Origin: Eledone cirrhosa | Lineage: Eukaryota | DNA length: 64,000 bases | Reading direction: 5' to 3' | Assembly: GCA_964016885.1 (NCBI GenBank) | Contig: OZ024743.1 | Location: 358,670,001-358,734,000, forward strand | Part shown: one piece after another, positions 53,864 through 64,000 of the stretch | Layout: the number at the start of each line of letters is the position of its first letter | Position numbering within the stretch: the first letter of the stretch is position 1 | The notes under the pieces: generated by a model | The model's input: only the letters and a program-made list of their open reading frames with translations | Databases searched by the model: none | What the model was told of the DNA's origin: nothing | Translations under genes and position numbers: made by a program

Positions 53864-54195
53864 AAAGGTGGAATTGGAAATAGCATGGAAAATATATTTA
53901 AGGATCTGTTATACTTTTTTTCATCTTTGATTCGTCAAAGTGACATTATGGAAAAGAATGAGAGGAACAATTCTTTAAAAAAAACAAGAAGTTTTATAAT
54001 GTATATAAGATATATAAAATATAAGCGGTTTTGATGTATCAGTGTGAACCATCTTATCAAATGTTGAATATTACAATTAAAAAGAATTAAAAAGAATTAA
54101 AAAGAATAAAAAATCTTTAAGATTTAAAATTAAGTGTTGAAAAGGTCTGTTCATCTTTTTTGTTGTGTGTGTGTGTGTGTATACATATATATATA

Positions 54196-54249
<54 letters not shown>

Positions 54250-57200
54250 TTATATTTAATTTGTTGGGATACAACAAGCAAATATTTTTATAACTGATAT
54301 AAAGCACTCAACAAATTATTGGAGTAAATATACAATATATTAACAAATGGAAACTATATTTATAAAACCATATTTATTTCATTATACATATTTCAAGGAC
54401 ACCAAAGCAAATTATGGTGCGCTTTCATCAGATAAAATATAATATAGATCAGTTTTATAAACAAATATTGACGTACCCTTAAAGAATGCGACCATGTCGG
54501 TTGGAGGCTCCCGGATAGTGGGGTTACTAATTTTATTATTGGTCTATTATGCAAATTAGTGTTGGAGAGGTTTAAATCCCAGTACATTTAAATTAAGCCG
54601 TTGGAATAGGGAAAAAAAGAAAAAGAAAAAGAAAGAGCAAACCCAAAGAAGGAAAACAAAAGAAAGAGAAAGAGAGAAAACCCTAAGTGAGAGAGTGTTG
54701 TATTAACGTAATTTATGAGATGATGAAGCGAAAAAATAAATATATAGTGGATGAATTACGCGGAGTAAATAAAGCGTGGATAAATAAATAAATAATAATA
54801 ACCGGAGAATTTTATGTAATGTTTAAATTTGATTAAATGTTTAATTTATCAATTAAAAATGTCAGTTAAATTATTGAGATCTATAAATTAAAAATTGAGA
54901 TCTATATATTGTTAAAAGAATATATACACATATATATATTATTAAAAAAATATTATTAAAATATATGTTATTATTACATAACCATATATAAATTTATTAT
55001 TAATAATCATCAACCAACAATTAATTATTAATTTTTCAATTAATTATCAATAAAAAATAATAATAAATAAAAAATTTTATGTTTAAAATATAGGAATGTT
55101 TCTAAACCCATGGAAATTCAGAGATTTTACCGAAGAATAATCTCTTCTTCGTTATAGCAATACAGCGTGAAGGAAATTAAGTGATTTATTTGTAATTTAG
55201 ATAGCTCTAAGGATTAAATGTTATCAAGGTTAAGATGATAAAAAAAGTTAAGATTATAAAAAAAATCTTATATTATTTTATAGCAAGTTATAATTTTATA
55301 AATTTTATATATTTTATAAATCCACCTGTTATACAGTTGTGACTGTTAAAATATAAGTTTGTTTACTATAATGTCTTAATGTTTAAAGTTTTTCATAAGA
55401 ATATATCTAAAGCATAAACCGTTTATAAATTTGTTTATAAAACTGATCTATATTATATTTTATCTGATGATAAAATCCCGCCGAGGTTGACTTTGCCTTT
55501 CATCCTTACGGGGTCGATAAAATAAAGTACCAGTAATGCACTGGGTAATTGCTGGCCTTGTGCCTAAAGTACAAACAATTATATTTTATCTGATGAAAGC
55601 GCACCATAATTTGCTTTGGTGTCCTTGAAATATGTATAATGAAATAAATATGGTTTTATAAATATAGTTTCCATTTGTTAATATATTGTATATATATATA
55701 TATATATATATATTATTATTATTATTATTATTGTTATTATTGGTAGAGTGTCAGACACCATGCTTTGCAGCATAGAGTTACGACCCTTTACATTACGGAG
55801 TCGATAAAATAAAGTACTAGTAATGCATTGGAGTAATTGCTGGCCTTCTGCCAAAAGTAGAAACAATTATTATTATTATCAGGATTCATATGCACAAAGA
55901 TTCATTGCACAACTTTAGGTTACATGACAAGTATTCATAATGTTTTTCATATAAATAATATTGAGAAATACTTATTTTATCTAATTCTAGACAAAAGAAT
56001 GCCTTCCATTTACTACACTCTGTTAATTGCCATGATGTATGGAATTGGTACTTTCTGGGCTGTCATGCCTCTTTTGGGATGGGGCGAGTAAGTATTCTTT
56101 GACATTTTTTTCCACAAACATAATATTTTGAACGGAATAAACAGGATCATGCTGGTTTCAATGAGAAGTATTCAGTTGTTTGATCAACTCAATTATTTGT
56201 TCATTGAATTAACATGTAAGTGCCTGACTATTTCATAGCCAAGCTGTGACGTTCTATTAATTTATGTATGAATATACAAATAACATTTATAAAATGTAGA
56301 ATTTCCATTAGTCTTGCTAGTTTAAATTATACTCTTTATGGTTAGAACGTTTTCTTTCTCCCCTTCTCTATTAGTATTTCTCCTTCCCCTCTATCTCTCT
56401 TGTTCTTTATCCCTCTCCCTCTCTCACAGACACATACATACTCTCATTTTACCATTATCTTCATTTATTTTACAGGTATGGGGTTGAACCAACTGGAACT
56501 TCTTGCACCATCTCCTACACCAATGCCAATGAAAGTTACCAGTCTTTAATCATGTCTATGGTCATTGTAACTTATTCTTTCCCAATCATCGTATCTTGCT
56601 ATGCTATATCCAAGGCATGGTCAGCCCTTGGTAATATTCCTGACAGTGAGAAGGAAAAAGACAGGGATTTGTTATCTGAAGAGCAGCTAACTGCTGTAAG
56701 TGGCTTGTTTCTTATATTTATTTCATTCTAAATTGGGTAGAGAGAAAGAGAGACACAGGGAAGAGGTAAAAGCATGAGAACCATCCAGTGATTTATTTTA
56801 CTGTTTAGTTAGAGAGGAAAGTGCAGCAACTATGACACTTTTCAGGGCCTCCAAAAAAACTAGTGGGAAGGTGAGATGAATATACTCACAAATCAGTGAC
56901 CTGGCCCAGATGTTTGCAACAGAATAGACTCTGTTGAAGGCACACAAAGGATGTTGAACTGAGAGACAGATTAATTGTAACTCTGGATTTACTCAATCTA
57001 TATTTCTTTACCTGCTAAGGTTAGAGTGATTATCTTCATTGTCATCATTTTACATCTACTTTTCCATGCTGACATGCTTTTAATAGGTTGTTACAGACAA
57101 AGTCAGTACATAATTGAAACTACTGTGCTTCTAGACACTCAATTCAATTTTCAGTGTTATGGAAATTCTTCAATTAGTAGCTTTTTTCTTTCCTGGTATT

Positions 57201-57850
57201 AGCCATCTTTGAGAATTTCTAAAGAATGTGTGTGTGTGGAAGGCACTGCAAAATTACCCCAAAAGATCATGACTTGTTCATCTACCACCTCTTTATTAGC
57301 TCTCTTCTGCTTTAGATTAATCAAGTCAAGATAGAGGGTGGATGCAAGATAATTGGCTTGCATTTCTCCATTTTCACACATATAAGTTTACAACTGGGAC
57401 AAAAGGACAAAGGTTCACATAAAGAAAGAAAAAATATTCTACAAACGTTTGATAAGCAAACATATTTCCTGGATTCTCAAATTTCCTTTTCAATTAGCAG
57501 AGAAAATGCCCTTAAAATGCTTGTGGTGTGTTGTTATAATTAAGATGTTATTTGGAAGATGCATGATCACTGTAATTTTTCTTTACTTCCACATAAACCA
57601 GAATACATTTTGTTTGTATTTCTCTTTCTTTCAGATGGCAACTGTATTTATTCTAGTTGCACTTGTCTCATGGTCTGGATTTGCTTATGTAGCCATCTAT
57701 GCAGCAATAACTGGAGCTGGAACCTCTATTTCCCACTTGGCTGTTACCTTGGCACCTCTCATGTCGAAAGCTGGAGTCATTGTGTACCCAATGCTTATCA
57801 TGGTGGCTAGTGTCCGCAGCATTCCTAAAGCAGAATCCAAGAAGCCTTAA
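28925..57850 (+). CDS. Retinochrome (retinal photoisomerase opsin, RGR/peropsin/retinochrome group), 6 coding exons, 303 aa: join(28925-29015,47431-47590,49230-49357,55991-56087,56476-56695,57635-57850)
   Basis: Exons of 91+160+128+97+220+216 = 912 nt splice in frame with GT-AG introns. Protein: MFGTHHGGMAGLHTFTMWEHYFTGAIYLIVGVMAFATNGLAAIVLARQNTQPRRKYSVLIYFLLTSALVNIGFPLNSSSSIAGRWLFGNFGCHFYGFIGFVVGISHIWMLFAFCVERYIATCHREFYKRMPSIYYTLLIAMMYGIGTFWAVMPLLGWGEYGVEPTGTSCTISYTNANESYQSLIMSMVIVTYSFPIIVSCYAISKAWSALGNIPDSEKEKDRDLLSEEQLTAMATVFILVALVSWSGFAYVAIYAAITGAGTSISHLAVTLAPLMSKAGVIVYPMLIMVASVRSIPKAESKKP. It is 7TM with ERY, C92/C169, E163 and K277. Motifs FTMWEHYFTG, SHIWMLFAF, LSEEQLTA and terminal KKP are recalled from squid retinochrome. 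Confidence 0.96.
34076..34472 (-). mobile_element. Inverted, near-identical copy of the 43801-44148 SINE
   Basis: Reverse complement match over about 340 nt, with a (CAT)n tail. Confidence 0.8.
35101..35709. mobile_element. MITE-like element with ~130-bp imperfect TIRs
   Basis: ATATAAGCCCAAAT...GATACAACACCGGGAATTCCAAGAC mirrored at 35583-35709. Confidence 0.65.
36289..36903 (-). mobile_element. Shorter copy of the same RTE 3' end
   Basis: Colinear with 25753-26365. Confidence 0.85.
37125..38832 (+). mobile_element. Degenerate RTE LINE (RT to 3' end)
   Basis: MKNGKVAGPS.., GVHQGSVL, FYADDL, (ATG)n tail; homologous to 16940-18700. Confidence 0.88.
38845..39058 (-). mobile_element. SINE copy (variant 3' end)
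   Basis: Same central domain and head as the family. Confidence 0.75.
39558..40272. repeat. Inverted duplication of a 260-bp tandem unit with 14-bp flanking direct repeat
   Basis: AGCTTTCACC recurs at 39571/39831 and AGGCTAAAAT at 39911/40171; the arms are mutual reverse complements; TAAAGATATATATA at 39558-39571 and 40259-40272. Confidence 0.85.
40054..40124 (+). pseudogene. tRNA-like Pol III cassette within a repeat (inverted twin at 39655-39725)
   Basis: A box TGGTGTAATGG, B box GGTTCGACTCC, cloverleaf with G:U-rich acceptor stem; anticodon loop lacks U33; TTTTT terminator at 40134-40138. Confidence 0.65.
40455..40603. repeat. Fold-back element; single-arm relative at 27720-27790
   Basis: TATTTATTAAAATAACAGATTAAAG ... 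CTTTAATCTGTTATTTTAATAAATA. Confidence 0.8.
41560..41990 (-). mobile_element. Non-LTR RT fragment
   Basis: GVGLRQRCVMSPLLFIIYI. Confidence 0.6.
42060..43740 (-). mobile_element. Tx1/L1-clade LINE ORF2 remnant
   Basis: LNQSKAFDRIDH, SIRQGCPPSSLLY, SAFADD, IKLLGFWFG, GLGMP. Confidence 0.8.
43801..44148 (+). mobile_element. tRNA-headed CORE-like SINE with RTE-derived tail and (ATG)n end
   Basis: TGGCTTAGTGG A box, GAGTTCAATTC B box, CCTTGAGCAAGACACTTTATTTCAC core; tail CCCACCCTTGCAAGCAGGGAAAAAGCGGACGTAAAATG shared with the RTE 3' end at 18660-18710. Confidence 0.8.
44150..44800 (+). mobile_element. Tx1/L1-clade 3' region (CCHC zinc-knuckle remnant)
   Basis: Translates ..RCVQSDETILHALIYCPSIADLW..; homologous copy at 61970-62460. 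Confidence 0.65.
47085..47299 (+). mobile_element. piggyBac-like MITE copy
   Basis: TTAA-CCTTTTAGCATTTA ... TAAATGTTAAAGGG-TTAA; homologous to 836-1067. Confidence 0.75.
47431..47590 (+). CDS. Retinochrome coding exon 2 (TM1-TM2)
   Basis: Pyrimidine tract + AACAG acceptor; GVMAFATNGLAAIVLARQNTQPRRKY...SSSSIAGR; donor AG|GTAAGC. Not in the ORF track. Confidence 0.93.
48668..48883 (-). mobile_element. piggyBac-like MITE copy (inverted)
   Basis: Reverse complement of the 836-1067 family with TTAA flanks. Confidence 0.75.
49230..49357 (+). CDS. Retinochrome coding exon 3 (TM3, ERY motif)
   Basis: TTTCTGCAG acceptor; RWLFGNFGCHFYGF...CVERYIATCHREF; donor T|GTGAGT. Confidence 0.95.
49673..50797 (+). 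mobile_element. Tc1/mariner-superfamily DNA transposon remnant
   Basis: TIRs CAGGGCTGCTCAGTTCTTTGAGAACA / TGTCCTCAAAGAACTGAGCAACCATG, 5' TA; HTH-like ORF 49773-50072; FSDEK and QQNSVPSH catalytic-region remnants. Confidence 0.85.
51288..51481. repeat. Fold-back element in (TA)n (copy 2)
   Basis: Same architecture and tail as 6848-7040. Confidence 0.8.
52623..52851 (+). mobile_element. piggyBac-like MITE copy
   Basis: TTAA-CCCCTTAGCATTTA ... TAAATGCTAAAGGG-TTAA. Confidence 0.75.
53300..53820 (+). mobile_element. RTE-tail SINE/3' UTR fragments with internal duplication and (ATG)n tails
   Basis: Reverse complement of 25770-26020, with a ~110-bp tandem duplication. Confidence 0.7.
54250..55700. 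mobile_element. Non-autonomous Penelope derivative with inverted pLTRs (retinochrome intron 3)
   Basis: About 54330-54465 is the reverse complement of about 55430-55690 (interrupted by a SINE); pLTR homologous to 9850-10035 and 3630-3840; (TA)n on both sides; no ORF. Confidence 0.75.
55581..55648 (+). ncRNA. Type I hammerhead motif (sense strand of retinochrome intron 3); inverted twin at 54374-54440
   Basis: TATTTTAT-CTGATGA-AAGCGCACCA..TGGTGTCCTT-GAAA-TATGTA-TA-ATGAAATA. Confidence 0.7.
55991..56087 (+). CDS. Retinochrome coding exon 4 (TM4)
   Basis: TTCTAG acceptor; YKRMPSIYY...FWAVMPLLGWGE; donor GA|GTAAGT. Confidence 0.94.
56476..56695 (+). CDS. Retinochrome coding exon 5 (ECL2 with counterion Glu, TM5, ICL3)
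   Basis: TTTTACAG acceptor; YGVEPTGTSCTI...LSEEQLTA; donor CT|GTAAGT, phase 0. Confidence 0.95.
57635..57850 (+). CDS. Retinochrome coding exon 6 (TM6, TM7 with retinal-binding Lys, stop)
   Basis: TCTTTCAG acceptor; MATVFIL...LAPLMSKAGVIVYPML...ESKKP-TAA; Lys codon at 57767-57769. Confidence 0.95.
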   Translation: MATVFILVALVSWSGFAYVAIYAAITGAGTSISHLAVTLAPLMSKAGVIVYPMLIMVASVRSIPKAESKKP

Positions 57851-58254
57851 TTTCTGTAGCATCTATTGAATTCAAAAATATATATACTATAAACTCACTG
57901 CATATGGTGCATTTGATAGTGGATAAATGAATGTACACATATTTACATACATATATAGAGAAACATATAAATATAATTACATTTACATACAGTGACACGT
58001 GGAGTTCATGCAAGCCTTACACATAAATCCAACAGACATATTCACTTAAGCATACACACATGCATACATACATACACACATGCATACATACATACACACA
58101 CACACATAAAAATACAGACAAAGCTAATGACATTCACAAATTGTTTATGGAATATCTTTATTTATGTTGAAGGAGTCTTTAAAAAAACATTAGATTTTTG
58201 TTTTATGTTATTTCTTAAATGTTAAGTTGTGTTTTTGTTGTATCGATATAAATG

Positions 58255-58318
<64 letters not shown>

Positions 58319-58595
58319 ATGAGATGTTACTAGTTAAGAGCAGTAAGACCCTTTTTCAAATTAGTACTCTATACTTTGAGAAAGTAGAGTGGAGATATTA
58401 ATTATAGAGATTCTTTGCCTGTTTCAAAATAATAATAATATATATATATATATATGCACAAACACACATGAATCTATATGTATATATATATATAGAAATT
58501 TCGTATATCTAAAGGTATATGGTATGTTTAATATGTATATTTAAATATATATGTATATGTTTAATATATATATATATATATTTAATATATATATA

Positions 58596-58642
<47 letters not shown>

Positions 58643-59071
58643 TTTATTTGTCACTAATATATTGATCATCTCAATGAAATGATAGCTAAAATATATCTAA
58701 ATCAGAGAAGCATATAAATATAGAACGGGTAGACTGTTAGTAAAGCCAACTAATATAAGAAAGCTTCACTCACATCCTTTCCCTGGCTGTAGTTTCTGGA
58801 ATCAAGAAACAATATTGACCATCTTAATAAATTAAGATGGTCAATACTGGAAGAAGATTCTATCATCTGAGGGTTTCTTTGACGATGATGATATATATTC
58901 AACCACAAGAAAATAAGAAGCATGAGGCCTGGTGTACTTGCTGTATAAGTGATCCATAGGTCTTGTGTTCAAACTTTGCATGAAGCATTGTGTTTAAGCA
59001 AAGTCAAAGCACATCATTATTATTATTGTCGTTATTATTATTTATGTAAACCCTTGTGGTTAATAAAGAAA

Positions 59072-59109
<38 letters not shown>

Positions 59110-59784
59110 TATATATATATATATATTTTGCTTGCCTCTGTATACCCAGTTGTGGGGCATGCTTCATTAGAAAGGCAATTCAGCTGTAAATACAAAATAA
59201 AATAAAATTAAAAAAATGCTTCTTATTATTTGCTCAAAATAAATAATCATTATATAGAAAAATGGCAGATGTGTTTCTTATTTTCCTCTATTTTTGAAGA
59301 AAAGGAGGGAAAATGATAAAAAAACTCACTTTCTTCAAAGATAATATTTGTTGTAAGAGGACTGATTTACTGGAGGTGCCTCCATCAATTTCAATGATTC
59401 ACTGAACTAGAGATGCCACACAATTGAAACTGAAATATCCAACAAAAACATTGAAGCTCTAAATATATACAAAGTAGGCTATAAATTAACTTAATATCTT
59501 ACTCTTATGAAATGTGAATAAAAAAAGAAAACATGGTGATATTCAAACTTTATTCCTGATGTTTGAAATGCTGCCTATTTGCAAGCATGCCATTGTTATG
59601 TCTGAGCATCAGACAAATGCTTTGTTGCATTTGTTCTCATTCTTTACATTCTGAGTACAAATTCCACTGATGTCAACTTTATTTTATTGACCCTGGAAGG
59701 TTGAAAAGCAAAGTACCACTCAAGTACTGAGGTTAATTTAATCAACTTTCCCCTTCTCCCAAATTGTTAACCGTTAGAAACCAT

Positions 59785-59967
59785 TGGATTGGCAGTATCG
59801 GTAGAGGGTCGGACGCCATGCTTTCCAACATAGTTACATCCCTTTACGATCTGAGTTCAAATCCCGCCGAGGTTGACTTTGCCTTTCATCCTTACGGGGT
59901 CGATAAAATAAAGTACCAGTAATGCACTGGGTAATTGCTGGCCTTCTGCCTAATGTAGAAACAATTA
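59785..59967 (+). mobile_element. SINE copy
   Basis: Matches family consensus. Confidence 0.8.
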
Positions 59968-61232
59968 TTATGTTTCTTTATAATTAGTAAATTTATTATA
60001 GCCCACTCTGTATATATATACACAGAGGCAATACAAAAGACAGAATATTCGATTCTGAAGGTAGAGCTCCATCATAGCCATGAGGACTGTGAGACTAACT
60101 GAAGAATTAAAGGACTGTAATTACTCTGGAGACTTTCGCAATGAGAAGATGTCTGCATTGGCTGTTTGAATAGGGGATAACACTTTAGATTCATAATGAA
60201 AAGGTGATGAGTTGAAAACTATCTACCTACCACAACAACAATAATAACATCAGTAACATGATTAACAATGACCATAACAACGTATGAAGGTGCATGGCCC
60301 AGTGGTTAGGGTGTTGGTCATGAGTTTGACCTTTCAACTAGATGGTACATTGTGGCCTTGAGCAATTCAGTCTACACAGCTGAAAAAACGGAATACTGGC
60401 AGCTATAGCTGGGAGTTACCCTGTGATGAACTGGAGTCCTGTCCACATCGTGTACTCTCAGTTGCTTAACACCACATAAACCCAAGATAAGCTCCAGCTT
60501 GATAAACATCTAAGCTGAAGAAAGACTTTAATTTGACTAACAACAACACACCACCACCATTTGTGAGTGGTAAGGATAATAACAGCAACAAGCAGACTGA
60601 TCAGTAAAGATTTTTCTATAGTTTTCTTTATATTTGAATAGCAGCAACATAAAAAAAATCAAAAACAATATTAATAGCAGCAACAACAACAAAACAAAAA
60701 ACAACTATAATTATAACATGTATGACTGTTTGAAGAAATAGCATTCAAAGCTCCCTTCAAATCACTCTCCAAATGGGGAAGGACACATTAGATAATATAG
60801 ATAATGTTGTCCTAGATGTCCCCCATTAAGCAGGTAGCATGTTCAAAACTTGAATACTTTTGACTGTAGGTCTACTTTATTCAGAAGAATAAAAAGAACC
60901 ACATCAACAGATAAAGTATAACCAAATTTACCACCACCCCAATAACATTATTAGCAATAACACCCATGAAATCATTATGCCATCACCCCTGATAAGCCAC
61001 AAACATCAAACATCTGCTCTAACTATGGATATACTACCATAGTCATAAATATATATATATTTATACAGCTGAGAGAATGTTGGCTACATACGTACATATG
61101 GAATTCAATCTTTCGCAAATTACAAATTTTGGGCTTTTAGCATAATGTTTTTCATAAAGTTGAATCTAAATGACTAAAACATGTTAACTCCTGAAGACCA
61201 CTCTTCTCAATATACTGTAACTATTGTAGCAA

Positions 61233-61418
61233 TAATTGTTTCTACTTTTGGCACAAGACCAGCAATTACCCAGTACATTACTGGTACTTTATTTTATTGA
61301 CCCCGTAAGGATGAAAGGCAAAGTTAACCTCGGCGGGATTTGAACTCAGACTGTAAAGGGACATAACTATGCTAGAAAGCATGGCGTCCAACCCTCTACC
61401 GATACTGCCAATTCACCA
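61233..61418 (-). mobile_element. SINE copy
   Basis: Matches family consensus (reverse complement). Confidence 0.8.
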
Positions 61419-61969
61419 ATAATATCAGTGATTAATAACATTAACTGCAACAACATCAACAACAACAACAATAATAATAATAATGATGATTTCTAATTTT
61501 GGCACAAGGCCAGCAATTTTGGAGGGAAGAATACTTTATTTTATTGCCCCTGTAAGGATGGATGGCAAAGATGGTTTCAGCAGGATTTGAACTTAGAACC
61601 TAAAGAACCAGGACAAATTAAGGTAGTTGTCAAAAGAAATGTGATTGGTAACACAATTATTTCTTTATTATTATTTATATTCTGTAGAAGTCAACTTTGC
61701 TGTTCACAATTCTTTGGTTGATAAAATAAAGTATTAGTCAAGTATTGAGATCGATTTCATCAATTGTCTCTTCCTCCTAAATTTCTGGATTGTACTTACA
61801 TTTGAAATTATTTGATTGGCAGAATTCTGCATTTATTCCAGCTCTTTACATTCTGAGTTCAGATCTTGCTGAGGTGAACTTTGCCTTTCATCCTTCTGGC
61901 ATTGATAAAGTACCAGTATCCCTCAAATACTGGGTCAATATAATTGAACCCATCATTATTATTATTACT

Positions 61970-62765
61970 GGCTTGGTAGTTCTACAGGGGCACTTTGCCC
62001 ATTCAGGATAAACTCAACAGGTATGGCCGTGCTGGAGTTGCCAGTATTTGACCCTGTCTGAGATGTGCACAGGGTAACAAAACTATCTGGTATGCTCTTG
62101 TTCTGCATCTATGCATTGCTGATTTGTGGGTTTATATCAAATAGCTGTTATCACATGTGGGACAGATCTGGCTACCACCATATGAGTCTGTCATGAAGGT
62201 CGACCTACTGCCTTCCTTTGGCAAGGAAGACTGGGTAGTCTTCCTCTGTTTGGTGGCTTTAGTGAAGGGAATTGTGTGGTGGGCATGGTTGAAAGGTTTG
62301 AGGACTGGGTTTTCTCAGGCCAAACCTTCATCAATGTCTTCAAGTACCACTTGAAGAGAAAAGTGAGGATTGAGAGGGAATTGTTGCTCTCCAGTAAATT
62401 TTATGAAGGTTAGTTTAGAGTGGCAAAATTGGTGTAGCTAAATGGTCCCACACTAACTATATTGTAGGCTGGGAGAAGGCCTTTGGTGTGTAAGGGTACT
62501 CTGAGGTTGTATGAGCAGTACCTTAAATCCCACAATGTGGTTACTTCCTTTTTGGAGAGCCTTTTGGATTTTATTTTGTTATTCTATACTGTTATTTCCA
62601 TTTATTGTTATATATCTATTAATGTGTTCTTTATTGATATTGTTGGTCTTAACCTTTTACTTGATGTAAATCCCCCCACTCTTTCTTATTTGTTGTTTTC
62701 TTTTGTATCTTACTTTTGTACTCTCCCCAATATCTTGTGCCCATAAGGCCCAATAAAAGGAATCT
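61970..62765 (+). mobile_element. Tx1/L1-clade 3' fragment with T-rich UTR and AATAAA
   Basis: Homologous to 44350-44800; ends CCCAATAAAAGGAATC. Confidence 0.6.
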
Positions 62766-63266
62766 TAGTATTCTCATTTGTCTTATTTTTATTGTGTGCT
62801 CTCACTGCATTTCCAAGCACAGTTGTGTCCCTTAGGTATGTGTAATGCTATGTTTTGGCGTTGATTCTGTATGTTGAATATATTTCTAAATCTTAGGATT
62901 TTTGTTATGTATTTGGTTGTGCTTCCACCAACAGTGGGCGATGGATCAAGTCTCCCACCCAAGTAGGCCACAAAGGGATTTGAATACAGAATGCAAAAAG
63001 TTAGAACAAATTCTGTAAAGCATCTAGTCCAACACTCTAATAATTCTGTCAGTCTATTACTCTAGACTGGTATTTTATTTTATTGACTCTGAAACCATGA
63101 GTGTGGGCCAGGGTGAAGCTGACTATGTGTGCAGATCTCAGTGGTATTTTCAAATATTTGAATGGCATATGTATACATGTGTATGTGCTCAGACCGGTCA
63201 ACTCTCCCCATCTGCTGAGATCTCCCACCCACTTTGGAGTGGGTGAGAGATGTCTTCTCTTGTGAA

Positions 63267-63374
63267 AATCCCCCCGAGGTTGACTTTGCCTTTCATCCTT
63301 ACGGGGTCGATAAAATAAAATACCAGTAATGCACTGGGTAATTGCTGGCCTTGTGCCTAAAGTAGAAACAATTA
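63267..63374 (+). mobile_element. 5'-truncated SINE copy
   Basis: 3' half of family consensus. Confidence 0.75.
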
Positions 63375-64000
63375 TGTAAAATATCCCCAGTTTGCCTTAT
63401 TTTTCCCCGCTTTGAGTCACTTTTTTCCATGGTACTCCTCGTTTGGGGTTTTACAGGTTAGCAGGTCTGGTGTGCTTGTTAGTTTGACAAAGCTTAAAGC
63501 AGCCAGTGATATTTATGTCCTGCAATGTAGCAGTTGATAAAGTTGAGCAGTATATACTATACTTATAAAACAAAATATGGCTTGATGTCAGGAATGACAC
63601 CTGACAATAGAAAAACTGCCCTAAGTTTTATTTAACCTATGCCAGCACGGAAAAGTGAACATTAAAATGATGATGATTCCTTTGTTACAAAATTGTATTA
63701 GAACTTGTTAAATGAAAACAATTTACAAATATTATTTTTAAAACCTTAGGTCCTTGAGAGCAAAATATGCAACCTTCTTTTGATTGTCAGTTATAGCCAT
63801 CACATTTCACTTAACTTGTTAAACCTATAATCTGTAGCTTCATCCCTATTTATGCAATTAATATTGATTAATGATGACCTTGAGAAAAAAAGTATCTGTC
63901 ATACAATATCTCTTCTGTAAATGTCATTTACAGAACAGACAAAAATGTATTCGTACTTACATAAAAATAATCTATATTAAAGATATTTTTTCAAAGTAAA

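Noticed and set aside
57449-57634. N-terminal part of the 133-aa ORF as coding sequence
   Set aside because: Intronic read-through upstream of the acceptor at 57634; only MATVF onward matches retinochrome.
57836-57850. C-terminal dilysine ER-retrieval signal
   Set aside because: The lysines are at -3/-2, not the canonical -4/-3 or -5/-3 spacing.

Overview
AT-rich, repeat-dense eukaryotic DNA, most likely from a coleoid cephalopod (octopus-like), inferred from the gene and SINE content. There is one host gene: a complete 6-exon, 303-aa retinochrome (photoisomerase opsin) on the + strand, 28925-57850. All its introns are GT-AG and phase-compatible. It has the Schiff-base Lys277, the Glu181-equivalent counterion E163, a candidate TATA box and a P3/RCSI-like homeodomain site upstream. 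The rest is mobile DNA: RTE and Tx1/L1-like LINE remnants, tRNA-derived SINEs, a mariner remnant, a hAT remnant, piggyBac-like MITEs, a 49-bp minisatellite and Penelope-like elements (one Naiad-like RT+GIY-YIG copy). The most striking unannotated signal is about eight sequence-distinct families of small fold-back or tandem elements, mostly in (TA)n tracts, that carry minimal type-I hammerhead ribozyme motifs. Several have non-canonical cores (U3-A8 covariation, U4A, +1 nt). One further family is a 260-nt circularly permuted unit containing a tRNA-like Pol III cassette. All structures were folded by eye and no searches were run.
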